Assembly (NCBI GenBank): GCA_001818155.1 | Contig: MHJU01000005.1 | Location: 11,805-75,804, forward strand | DNA: 64,000 nucleotides | Direction of reading: 5' to 3' | From: Candidatus Jacksonbacteria bacterium RIFCSPLOWO2_02_FULL_44_20 | Lineage (GTDB): Bacteria > Patescibacteriota > Patescibacteriia > UBA9629 | Shown here: positions 1 through 7,904 of the stretch, piece by piece | Layout: the number at the start of each line of letters is the position of its first letter | Numbering within the stretch: position 1 is the stretch's first letter | Translations under genes and position numbers: made by a program | Notes under the pieces: generated by a model | The model's input: only the letters and a program-made list of their open reading frames with translations | Told to the model about the DNA's origin: nothing | The model's database searches: none

Positions 1-1212
1 CGCGAGATTTTCCGTTTGTATAATATCTACCGGGTCCGTGCCTGTTAAGAGCATTTTTTGAAGAACTGTCTGCCCGGCGCGCGAGGAAATTTTACCTTCC
101 AAAATCAGCGAGACGAATTCAGCAAAATTTTCCGGGCTGACGGATAGCGTTTTCCAGTCGTTCTTGACTAACGGCGCGAGATTATTGATGAGCCAATTTG
201 CCGCGAGTTTTGCAAGACGCTGGCCCGAATTTTCTTCAGATTCTTGCTCTATTGACTCCATCCACGCAAGAAGTTCTGACATCACTTTTTCCGCGTAGTC
301 GGCGAGCGCGTAGTCGCGGGTTAAAAGGTTTGCATCTGAAATTGAAAATTCGTACTGCTTGTGAAAGCGTTCGCGTTTTTGTTTAGGAAGTTCAGGCAAA
401 GTTTTTTTAATTGCGCGAATGTCGGCAATTTTGAACTTGATTGGCGGAATATCAGGTTCGGGAAAATATCGGTAATCGTGAGCCGATTCTTTCTCGCGCT
501 GTTCCTCGGTTATTCCGCGCTCGTCGTTCCACCCGCGCGTGGACTGATGAGAAGGCGCTTTCCCATCTTTCCATAATTGTTCTTGTCGCTTGATTTCGTA
601 GTTCAGAGCTCGTTCAACTGCGCGAAATGAATTTAAATTTTTGATCTCTATTTTTGGATTGAGGACTCTGCTCCCTTCTTTTTTCAGTGATATATTTGCG
701 TCGCAACGCAAGTGCCCTTTTTCCATGTCGGCCTCCGAGACTTGAAGCGAGCGCATAATCGCGCGCAATTCACGAAGCGTATTCCCGGCAGTTTCAGGGC
801 TTTCAATATCCGGTTCTGTAACGATTTCCATGAGAGGAGTCCCGGCTCGGTTAAAGTCAATAATTGTGCATCCCTGCACTTTGGAATGCAGAAGTTTTGC
901 CGCGTCCTCTTCTAAATGCAAGCGATTGATTCTGATTTTTTTGTCTTCTATAAATAAAAAACCATTTTTTCCGAATGGCTCGTCATATTGCGATATTTGA
1001 TAACCCTTTGGCAGATCCGGATAAAAATAGTGTTTTCTATCAAACTTTGACTCAAGTGGAATCTCGCATGAGAGAGCCAGCGCGGAGAAGATTGCCCATT
1101 CAATTGCAGTTTTATTTGGAACCGGCAGAGTTCCCGGGTGACCCAGGCAAACTGGGCACACGGTTGTATTGATTGGCTTTTCTTCGCCAGAGTTATCGCA
1201 CGCGCAAAACAT
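1..1212 (-). CDS. gatB: Asp-tRNA(Asn)/Glu-tRNA(Gln) amidotransferase subunit B, N-terminal part (gene runs off the left window edge)
   Basis: Minus-strand translation from ATG at 1212..1210 reads MFCACDNSGEEKPINTTVCPVCLGHPGTLPVPNKTAIEWAI...KFDRKHYFYPDLPKGYQISQYDEPFGKNG, the conserved GatB N-terminus. It is missing from the ORF track because it is truncated by the window edge. Confidence 0.85.
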   Translation of the reverse strand, partial: MFCACDNSGEEKPINTTVCPVCLGHPGTLPVPNKTAIEWAIFSALALSCEIPLESKFDRKHYFYPDLPKGYQISQYDEPFGKNGFLFIEDKKIRINRLHLEEDAAKLLHSKVQGCTIIDFNRAGTPLMEIVTEPDIESPETAGNTLRELRAIMRSLQVSEADMEKGHLRCDANISLKKEGSRVLNPKIEIKNLNSFRAVERALNYEIKRQEQLWKDGKAPSHQSTRGWNDERGITEEQREKESAHDYRYFPEPDIPPIKFKIADIRAIKKTLPELPKQKRERFHKQYEFSISDANLLTRDYALADYAEKVMSELLAWMESIEQESEENSGQRLAKLAANWLINNLAPLVKNDWKTLSVSPENFAEFVSLILEGKISSRAGQTVLQKMLLTGTDPVDIIQTENLA

Positions 1213-1225
1213 TTTTGAGTTTGTT

Positions 1226-2065
1226 TTAAGCTGGACGTGAATTTCCAATCCTATTACCGGTTTTAAGTTCATGGTTTTCTAAAAGTTCTTCGGATTCTGC
1301 GCGCGTATTTTGAAACAGGCTAGTCGTGGCTATCACAAGATACGGCAATCCGAGATATGCATAGATGCTTACAATAAGATCTTTCCACCATGGCGATAAC
1401 GATTCAGCAAGTTCAGGGTTGAATAAGATGTCGGTTTGATGGGTGATTACAGCGATAATAAGCGTCGTTAGGATAGCTACAACGAGAGATATCATTATCG
1501 TAACAAGTAAAATACATATCAAGAGTAGCGATGTTTTTAGAGGGTGGTGAAGAAATAGCGTTACGCTTCCTTTGATGCTTTTAATCGGCCCTTGTTTTTC
1601 AATGACGAAAATGTAACTTGCAAACAATGAAAGCAGAGTTACCGCGATAATCCATGACGCGCTTATAATTGAGAGGAAAGTGAGCGAGTATGCATTTTCA
1701 ATTTTTTGTCCGATAATCGCCAAAAATGCCGGAACGCTGAACGTAATCAGCGATACAATAATAAAAAGCGCGAGAAACGGAATAGATCGCGAGAATGCGT
1801 CGCGAAAGACGATCCTCGCTCGCACCGGATTTAGAGATTCCATCGCGGCGCTTGCTGTTATGAGAGAAAGTAAAACAAATAAGGTAACTATGTTTAATAT
1901 GACGCCGAAAATAGTTGTGAAGACCGGCGCGAGTTCGCCAAAATTTGCGTAGCGGCCGATGATGTGAAGAAGAATCGTCGGAATCACTACAGGAGAGAGA
2001 AGTGTAAGGTAGAGAGAAAAACGGCGGATATAGATACGAAAGGCGTTGCGAATTATGTGTGTCAT
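1226..2065 (-). CDS. hypothetical polytopic membrane protein
   Basis: 279-aa ORF with about 6 hydrophobic helices. No recognisable motif. Co-directional and tightly packed with neighbours. Confidence 0.5.
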   Translation of the reverse strand: MTHIIRNAFRIYIRRFSLYLTLLSPVVIPTILLHIIGRYANFGELAPVFTTIFGVILNIVTLFVLLSLITASAAMESLNPVRARIVFRDAFSRSIPFLALFIIVSLITFSVPAFLAIIGQKIENAYSLTFLSIISASWIIAVTLLSLFASYIFVIEKQGPIKSIKGSVTLFLHHPLKTSLLLICILLVTIMISLVVAILTTLIIAVITHQTDILFNPELAESLSPWWKDLIVSIYAYLGLPYLVIATTSLFQNTRAESEELLENHELKTGNRIGNSRPA

Positions 2066-2093
2066 AATTAAAAATTCAAAATGTTTATGGATT

Positions 2094-2747
2094 TCATGCT
2101 GTAGTTTTGAGTTTCATTAACACGCGCTTCCAAATCGCTTCAGCTATCTCCTTTTTTCTCTTAATTTTGTTACCTCTATTGCATTTAATGATGCGCCACT
2201 TCTCTTTTCGCGCTAGTTCCAGTCCGTATCGCGCCGCACTTTTTAAGTGTTCGCGATCTTTTTCGTGGATATCTTTTTTCTTTCCTCGTTTTGTAATTAA
2301 AGCATAGGCAAGCGCGTGTGGCAAGGAAAGGTAAAGCACAAGATTTGGCCGCGTGATGTTAAGAACATCGTACTCCATTTTTTCAAGCCAAGATGTAAAC
2401 ACGGCTCTTTGATTGTAAGGGAGCTTGCTTCCCTGATGAATCAAATTTGATGTGGTATAACGGTTTGCAATGATTATTTTTTTCTGCTCCATCCATTTTA
2501 TAAGCGTCGCTTTCATCTCAAACCGATCAAGCGCGTATAAAATAGAAGCAAGATGAGGGTCAACCTCGTTTATTCCGCCGAATTCTCCATTTAAGAAGCG
2601 TCTGACAATCGCGCCGAAAAATGTGCGATCGTACCCTGGAAAATCCAGTTCTGCAACTTTATACCCTTCTTTTTTCAAGCGCTGTACCAGAAGTTTTTGT
2701 TGCGTTGTTTTTCCGGCGCCGTCTATGCCGTCAAGAACTATGAGCAT
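2094..2747 (-). CDS. tmk: thymidylate kinase
   Basis: P-loop MLIVLDGIDGAGKTTQ and overall Tmk-like length and layout. Confidence 0.9.
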   Translation of the reverse strand: MLIVLDGIDGAGKTTQQKLLVQRLKKEGYKVAELDFPGYDRTFFGAIVRRFLNGEFGGINEVDPHLASILYALDRFEMKATLIKWMEQKKIIIANRYTTSNLIHQGSKLPYNQRAVFTSWLEKMEYDVLNITRPNLVLYLSLPHALAYALITKRGKKKDIHEKDREHLKSAARYGLELARKEKWRIIKCNRGNKIKRKKEIAEAIWKRVLMKLKTTA

Positions 2748-2755
2748 AAATATTT

Positions 2756-3196
2756 TTACCCCGTGCTCCCGAATCCCCCTCGTGAATTGGGAGCAATTTC
2801 GTTAACCTCCTCAAATTCCGCAAGAGCGATTTTTACAAGCACTGCTTGAGCGAGTCGCGTGCCGCGCTCTATTGTAACCGGCTTGTCGGTAAAGTTGTAG
2901 AGTTGCAGAATCAATTCATCTTCCGGCCCGCAAAAATCCTGATCTATAATGCCTATGCCTTGTGGTATTGAAAGTCCGTACTTTCGCGGAGTTGAAGATC
3001 TTGGGACAACCATAAACATATATCCTGGCGGTGTTTCAATGATAACGTTTCCAGCAATTCGCGCGATTTCTTTTGGCGCTACTACGGCGTCTTCGCGCGC
3101 ATAAAGATCAAACGCAACCGCGCCTTTTGTCTGATATTCCGGAATCGGCAGAGTTTTATCTATGCGGATAATTTTTACTCGCGTGCGCTCATTCAT
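2756..3196 (-). CDS. dut: dUTP diphosphatase
   Basis: 146 aa with dUTPase motifs (AVAFDLYA, GIIDQDFCG, C-terminal RGGFGSTG). Confidence 0.9.
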   Translation of the reverse strand: MNERTRVKIIRIDKTLPIPEYQTKGAVAFDLYAREDAVVAPKEIARIAGNVIIETPPGYMFMVVPRSSTPRKYGLSIPQGIGIIDQDFCGPEDELILQLYNFTDKPVTIERGTRLAQAVLVKIALAEFEEVNEIAPNSRGGFGSTG

Positions 3197-4281
3197 AGTA
3201 GTGAAGTTAATTCTAAGAGTGTGTCAAATAAAAAGTCCGGGTTTTCCGCCGCTAGTTGCTCTTTGGAATGATAGCCGCTTCCGATGCCCGCCGATCGGAT
3301 GCCCGCCGCTCGCGCCGCACGTATATCGTGTATCGTGTCGCCGCAATACAACGCGTGTTTATTTTGAGTTTGGAAATGGGTTAGAATGTTTTGCAAATCC
3401 GTTTCTTTATTGCGCGATCCGCCGCGGATATGGGTTATGTATTGGTCAATGCCATACTCCTGCGCTTCTCGTTCTACAAATTTTTCTGGATGGCTTGAGA
3501 GTATCGCGATTTTTTTGTCGTTTGCTGTAAGTTGTCCAAAGACACTAGGCGCGTCAGCGTATATGGTTGGCTTGTTACCGTTTTTCACCGCTTCGTTGAA
3601 GTATTTCCTGAAGAGCTTTAGTAGTAAGTCCGCATCTTCGCTGATGTCGTTTTTGCGGTAGTATTCTAGGGCAGTCATCGTCGCGCTTTTCAAAAATTCA
3701 TCAAATACAGGCATTATTTTGCCGAATTGTTTAAGCACGCGCGCGGTCGTCTCGTATACAGGTTTTCTGTCGTCCGAGATCACCCCGCTCCAGTCAAAGA
3801 TAAAGAGATTGATGGGTGCTTGATACCATCGTTTACCACTCAACACTCCCCTCTCTTGAAACATCTCTCTAGCTCTTTTCACTAGATATATTTTTGTGAT
3901 TCCAGCAGAGCGCACTTTGTCCCAGCAGGATTCGCACGCCCACCAGTGTCCGAATATATACATTTCTCCGTTTTCGGTATCAACCCCGGCAAGCCGAGCG
4001 TTTCGGAGAGCATCCGCTTCGGTGTGATTTTCTTCTATGCACTCTGGGCACAGATTGTAGCCAATGCCGGAAGGGATATTTTGGATCGCGCGAGGACAAG
4101 GAGATGAAACCCGATCTCTCGCATTATGTCCGCGCGCAATTACCGTCTCTTTGTTTACGATCACTGCTCCGATTTGCCGTGATCCGCATCCTGATTTGTA
4201 CGCTTCTGCCCGCGCTTCTTGCATGAATGGGTGGGATGCTGGAGCATACTCATATTTATTATTATGTTTCAAGGTTTCCAT
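3193..4281 (-). CDS. fusion protein: dCMP deaminase (ComEB-like, N-terminal) + HAD-superfamily phosphatase (C-terminal, YjjG-like nucleotidase?)
   Basis: N-terminal half has the cytidine/deoxycytidylate deaminase zinc motifs (HTEADAL ... ACESC). C-terminal half has HAD motifs (FDWSGVISDD motif I, GDTIHDIRAARAAG motif IV). Confidence 0.8.
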   Translation of the reverse strand: METLKHNNKYEYAPASHPFMQEARAEAYKSGCGSRQIGAVIVNKETVIARGHNARDRVSSPCPRAIQNIPSGIGYNLCPECIEENHTEADALRNARLAGVDTENGEMYIFGHWWACESCWDKVRSAGITKIYLVKRAREMFQERGVLSGKRWYQAPINLFIFDWSGVISDDRKPVYETTARVLKQFGKIMPVFDEFLKSATMTALEYYRKNDISEDADLLLKLFRKYFNEAVKNGNKPTIYADAPSVFGQLTANDKKIAILSSHPEKFVEREAQEYGIDQYITHIRGGSRNKETDLQNILTHFQTQNKHALYCGDTIHDIRAARAAGIRSAGIGSGYHSKEQLAAENPDFLFDTLLELTSLL

Positions 4282-4930
4282 ATTTTTCTTTTAACTCTTC
4301 TAACTTTCCCTCCCGAATCAGCCGTATCTCATCCACGTTGTCCGAGCGCGCCTCCAAACTGTATGGAGTAGAGGCTGTATATTTTGCGTCCGCAACACCG
4401 TGTTTTCTGGTTTCTTCAGGAGGCACAGGGCTTGAAAGCGTATGAATGACAAGCTGGCAAATCCTCTCGCCAGGGTACAACCGGATAATCTGTCCGTTTG
4501 TGTTATTTACAATCGGGATCATCAGATACCCCGAGTACCCGACATCAATAATGCCGCTTTCAATGATGAGCCCTCGGCGGATGATTGTGCTACGCGCGTA
4601 CATCACAGCCATGAGCTTGTCTGATTTGATTGCGATTTTTTCGTACGTTGAGGCGATCACAAATTCAGACGGCAAAATCTCAAGATATTGCCCGGGCTTT
4701 ATATTTAAAAGTTTGAAATTCTCTTTTTTGTTTTCGTAATCCATATAATCCACAGTAAGGGCAACGCGCCCTTTTTCGTTATACTCGGAGTTTTTGGAAA
4801 TATAAAACATTGTTCCGAGCCGCAGATCAATGGAATTCGGCTGAACTTGATACTGGTCAAGCCGCGGCGTAAAGGAGAGATGTCCTTCGCGAATTGCTTT
4901 GACGATGTCGGTTTTTGAAAGAGTGGACAT
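4262..4930 (-). CDS. dcd: dCTP deaminase family protein
   Basis: RLDQYQVQPNSIDLRLG ... ARSTIIRRGLIIESGIIDVGYSGYLMIPIVN ... ADAKY pattern matches Dcd. Confidence 0.8.
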   Translation of the reverse strand: MSTLSKTDIVKAIREGHLSFTPRLDQYQVQPNSIDLRLGTMFYISKNSEYNEKGRVALTVDYMDYENKKENFKLLNIKPGQYLEILPSEFVIASTYEKIAIKSDKLMAVMYARSTIIRRGLIIESGIIDVGYSGYLMIPIVNNTNGQIIRLYPGERICQLVIHTLSSPVPPEETRKHGVADAKYTASTPYSLEARSDNVDEIRLIREGKLEELKEKYGNLET

Positions 4931-4969
4931 AAAAAATTAAAAATTCAAAAGTCAAAATGCAAAATTATT

Positions 4970-5803
4970 TTACAGCACAATTTTTAATCCTTTAAGCGCA
5001 GGCATTGGAGCATAGCGCGATTCAAACTGTCCTGTAATTTCTGAAACAAGCGTTTCGTCGCCCTGTTCAGCGCGGTCAAAGTAGTCGGGTTGAGCCGTAA
5101 AGTAGATGGGGCCGTGATCGTTTGTGCGATTAATAAGCTCCCATGCTGTGTCATAGTGAATGTCGTAAATGTGGGCGTTTGAGATAGAATGCGTAAGTTT
5201 TCCAGTGGCTACTCCGAGCTTTCCGGCAAGAATGCACAAAAGCAGATAAAATCCGGCAACGTCGTGCGGACAGCCGAGAATCATGTCGTTGCTCCGCACG
5301 ATATTGTGAATGTGCAGTTTGTTGTTAATGATATTTGCAGTAAACGTGTACGGGCAAGGGACGTTTTTTTTAGTCGTGCCGCTTTCCCCAAGTCCGTCGT
5401 CTCCCGGATCCCACGTTACAACAACAGCGTGGCGCGAGCCGGGATTTTCTTTAAGATGCGTAATAAGCTCGCCCAACTGATCCCTGCCGAAGTGATGTCG
5501 CCAGCGGTATCCGTAGGCGGCCGTGACAGTACCGTCTTTTTCAGTAAAATCTTTCCAGATGTTGGTAAATTTGTTGACAAAATCATCAGGGTTGCGGCTT
5601 CCTGTTATAAACCATATCATTTCAGCAACAAAAAGAGTAATGGGAATTTTCCGGAGCGTCAAGAGCGGGTAGCCGTAGTCAAGTTCAAAGTTTACACCCG
5701 GCAATACTTTGAGCCTATGCCCCGTCCGCTCGTTATATTCGTCCGAGCCTGTGTTCATTATGCGACGCAGGATTTCCTGATATTGACGGTCAAATTGGGT
5801 CAT
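4970..5803 (-). CDS. ThyA-family pyrimidine-nucleotide C5 methyltransferase homolog with Asp at the Asn177(E. coli)/Asn229(L. casei) discriminator position (possible dCMP-acting enzyme; see findings)
   Basis: Motifs conserved: ERTGHR, YPLLTLRK, AEMIWF, AAYGYRWR, ENPGSRH, catalytic VPC(167)PY, RSNDMILGCPHD(198)VAGFYLL, AHIY, and a ThyA-like C-terminus. The ORF track starts at 5854; the probable start is Met18 (MTQFDRQYQEIL) at 5803. Confidence 0.85.
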   Translation of the reverse strand: MTQFDRQYQEILRRIMNTGSDEYNERTGHRLKVLPGVNFELDYGYPLLTLRKIPITLFVAEMIWFITGSRNPDDFVNKFTNIWKDFTEKDGTVTAAYGYRWRHHFGRDQLGELITHLKENPGSRHAVVVTWDPGDDGLGESGTTKKNVPCPYTFTANIINNKLHIHNIVRSNDMILGCPHDVAGFYLLLCILAGKLGVATGKLTHSISNAHIYDIHYDTAWELINRTNDHGPIYFTAQPDYFDRAEQGDETLVSEITGQFESRYAPMPALKGLKIVL

Positions 5804-5814
5804 TTTTGATTTTT

Positions 5815-6303
5815 TTAGCCTTGATACACTATCTTGCCGTTTGATTTTGCCCATTCTTCGGAAAAACCAACGTGCGATATCACGTTACTGCTTCTATCAA
5901 GCTGACGTTCGGTTTCTTTCAATAGAATACCGGGCTGAATTTCATAAATGACCTTAATTTTCAATGGATTTGCCTTGTAAAATATCGCCAAGTAAATCAT
6001 CTTATTACGAGTTATACGATACAAAGATTCAGCCCTTTTGTCTGTCGGCGACTTAAACATTCGGTCCAGTTGCCCGGTTCCTCCTTCGTAACAAGATAGA
6101 TATTCGTACTTCATTGACGGGTCGTTTTTATCACGAGCGTCCGCATCTCTTTTTGAAGCTATCAATTCGTGTCCAAGAGTTTCTGAAATTATCATCTCTT
6201 TAACTAACCCGGGTTGCAAAATGTTAGGAATACCGATACTTAATGCTAACTCCTGCGCTTTAACCACAAGCTCAATGATTCTAGAAATTATTTTTTGCAC
6301 CAT
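5815..6303 (-). CDS. putative Type II restriction endonuclease (small, PvuII-like?)
   Basis: 162-aa ORF immediately downstream of a DNA methyltransferase and co-oriented with it. It is AT-rich like the MTase. Weak resemblance to PvuII REase (LSIGIPNILQPGLVKEMIISETLG; D..KYEYLS region) recalled from memory only. Confidence 0.45.
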   Translation of the reverse strand: MVQKIISRIIELVVKAQELALSIGIPNILQPGLVKEMIISETLGHELIASKRDADARDKNDPSMKYEYLSCYEGGTGQLDRMFKSPTDKRAESLYRITRNKMIYLAIFYKANPLKIKVIYEIQPGILLKETERQLDRSSNVISHVGFSEEWAKSNGKIVYQG

Positions 6304-6305
6304 AT

Positions 6306-7100
6306 TTATACAAATAGTTTACTCTCTTGTTTTAATTTGATTTCTTTTATCCTTTTATTGCAGATTTCAACAAAAGCAGAGTTAATTTCAAATCCTATAA
6401 AATTTCGTTTTAGTTCTTTGCAAACCGCAAATGTGGTTCCAACTCCGGCAAATGGATCTAATACCAAATCTCCTTCATTAGAACTGGCTTTTACAATTCT
6501 TTCTATCAGCTTAATTGGCTTTTGTATAGTATTCAAAAGTTCCCTGCTTATTAATTCTTTGGATTTGTATGTAAGTTGTTTAATGTCGCCCCACACGTCG
6601 CCGGGATTCTTGCCGTTGCCGTTAAATTTCGTTTTGTGAAATTTACCATTCATAACCGACGGCACATTTTCACATCTTTTTCTATGCTCCAACTCAACCA
6701 ACTGCGGGACGCGGATATGGTTTAAGTTAAATACTTTAGTAGTTTTTCCTTTAGTGAAGTAGGCGATTATATCATAGTTATTTGTATAGTTAGTTCTTCC
6801 TTGGGCCAGTCTGCTTGGCTGATACCATACAATTTTCGCATTTAAGTTCAGATATGGGCGATAATCAATAAAGTCAATACAATCAGGTTTCCCGAATAGA
6901 TATAACGAGCCGCCTTTCTTTAATATCCTTGAGAATAATTTTATTAGATTTAAATTATATTCCTGTATATTTTTTATTTTATCCCAATCGTTTTCAGTTA
7001 CTCCGAACGGGCCATCGCATACGATTAAATTTATTGATTCGTCATCAATTTGTTTTATGAGTTCAAAACAGTCGCCTTGATAAACTTTGTTTATTTTCAT
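6306..7100 (-). CDS. DNA methyltransferase, beta-class amino-MTase (N4-cytosine or N6-adenine)
   Basis: Motif IV-like LIVCDGPFG near the N-terminus and AdoMet motif I VLDPFAGVGTTFAV near the C-terminus, i.e. beta-group order. About 31% GC versus about 45-50% in flanking genes. Confidence 0.8.
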   Translation of the reverse strand: MKINKVYQGDCFELIKQIDDESINLIVCDGPFGVTENDWDKIKNIQEYNLNLIKLFSRILKKGGSLYLFGKPDCIDFIDYRPYLNLNAKIVWYQPSRLAQGRTNYTNNYDIIAYFTKGKTTKVFNLNHIRVPQLVELEHRKRCENVPSVMNGKFHKTKFNGNGKNPGDVWGDIKQLTYKSKELISRELLNTIQKPIKLIERIVKASSNEGDLVLDPFAGVGTTFAVCKELKRNFIGFEINSAFVEICNKRIKEIKLKQESKLFV

Positions 7101-7106
7101 CTTTTT

Positions 7107-7625
7107 CTATAGCACTTTATATTTCACCAGCACCTCGTCATCTCCCAACCGTTTAACCTCGGTGAGTTTCAGCGTTTCGGCATTCAGTTCAACATCATTG
7201 CCAAATATACTTACTCCGCGGCCGAAAATTTTTGGCGCTATCGTGAAATATAGTTCGTCAACTAGTTTCTCGCGGAGAAAGAGCGCATAAATTTCCGCGC
7301 CTCCTCCGATAACCGCTCGTTTGAAACCGCGCTCGCTTAATTCTTTTAAAATACCGCGCGGCGCGGTATTTTTGAACTCCAAAACATTCGGGACTTCGCG
7401 CTCTTTGTAAAGATGCGGACTTCGCGTCATAACAAGAGTGAGGCGATTTTTGAGCGGTTTCGGGAGCGCCTGATAAGTATGCGATCCGACAATCACAACC
7501 CCGGCTTTTTCGGTTTGCTCCTTAAAAAAGCGCTTGTCAGCGCTTGATGTCCAATCTACATTGTGGAGAGCGTGTTTTGCTATTTTTCCGTCAAGAGTTA
7601 TAGCGGCTATCAGTATTGTTTGCAT
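7107..7625 (-). CDS. dihydrofolate reductase family protein (RibD C-terminal-domain type)
   Basis: MQTILIAAITLDGKIA ... VIGGGAEIY pattern typical of RibD_C/DHFR-like reductases. Sits in the position thyA-folA would occupy. Confidence 0.7.
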   Translation of the reverse strand: MQTILIAAITLDGKIAKHALHNVDWTSSADKRFFKEQTEKAGVVIVGSHTYQALPKPLKNRLTLVMTRSPHLYKEREVPNVLEFKNTAPRGILKELSERGFKRAVIGGGAEIYALFLREKLVDELYFTIAPKIFGRGVSIFGNDVELNAETLKLTEVKRLGDDEVLVKYKVL

Positions 7626-7836
7626 ATAGATAAATGGCGCGCGCTTGGCGTACTTGCAGAGTATATTTCAATACGGCTTTAATTTGATCTTTAGTTATCC
7701 GCAATGTTTGCGCGATTTCTTCAATCGTCGCGCCATCGGCAAGTTTATCAATGACGATATCAGTTGTTACATAGGTGCCTTTTATCGTCGGTTTTCCAGT
7801 TTGTTCGTCAGTGATAATTTCGTTTAATGATTGCAT
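7591..7836 (-). CDS. DUF433-like small HTH protein
   Basis: 81 aa with GKPTIKGTYVTTDIVIDKLADGATIEEIAQ, resembling the DUF433 consensus (GKPCIRGTRIPV..L..G.S.EEI). Overlaps the DHFR-like start by 35 nt. Confidence 0.55.
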   Translation of the reverse strand: MQSLNEIITDEQTGKPTIKGTYVTTDIVIDKLADGATIEEIAQTLRITKDQIKAVLKYTLQVRQARAIYLYANNTDSRYNS

Positions 7837-7904
7837 TGGTTATACCTGCGATAGAGTGCATGCGTATGGCGAGAAGCACCATTATACACACGCCAGCTCG
7901 CAGA

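Noticed and set aside
198-1172. Four short plus-strand ORFs from the track (62-71 aa)
   Set aside because: They lie antisense to the well-supported gatB coding sequence (minus strand, 1..1212) and have no recognisable features.
5189-5809. 206-aa plus-strand ORF
   Set aside because: Embedded antisense within the conserved ThyA-family gene. Low-complexity, no motifs.
2094-7836. Interpretation of the nucleotide-metabolism/R-M region as a prophage or phage-derived island
   Set aside because: No integrase, terminase, capsid or att-like repeats are present. Flanks are core housekeeping genes (gatB, frr). Only the R-M cassette shows a compositional shift.
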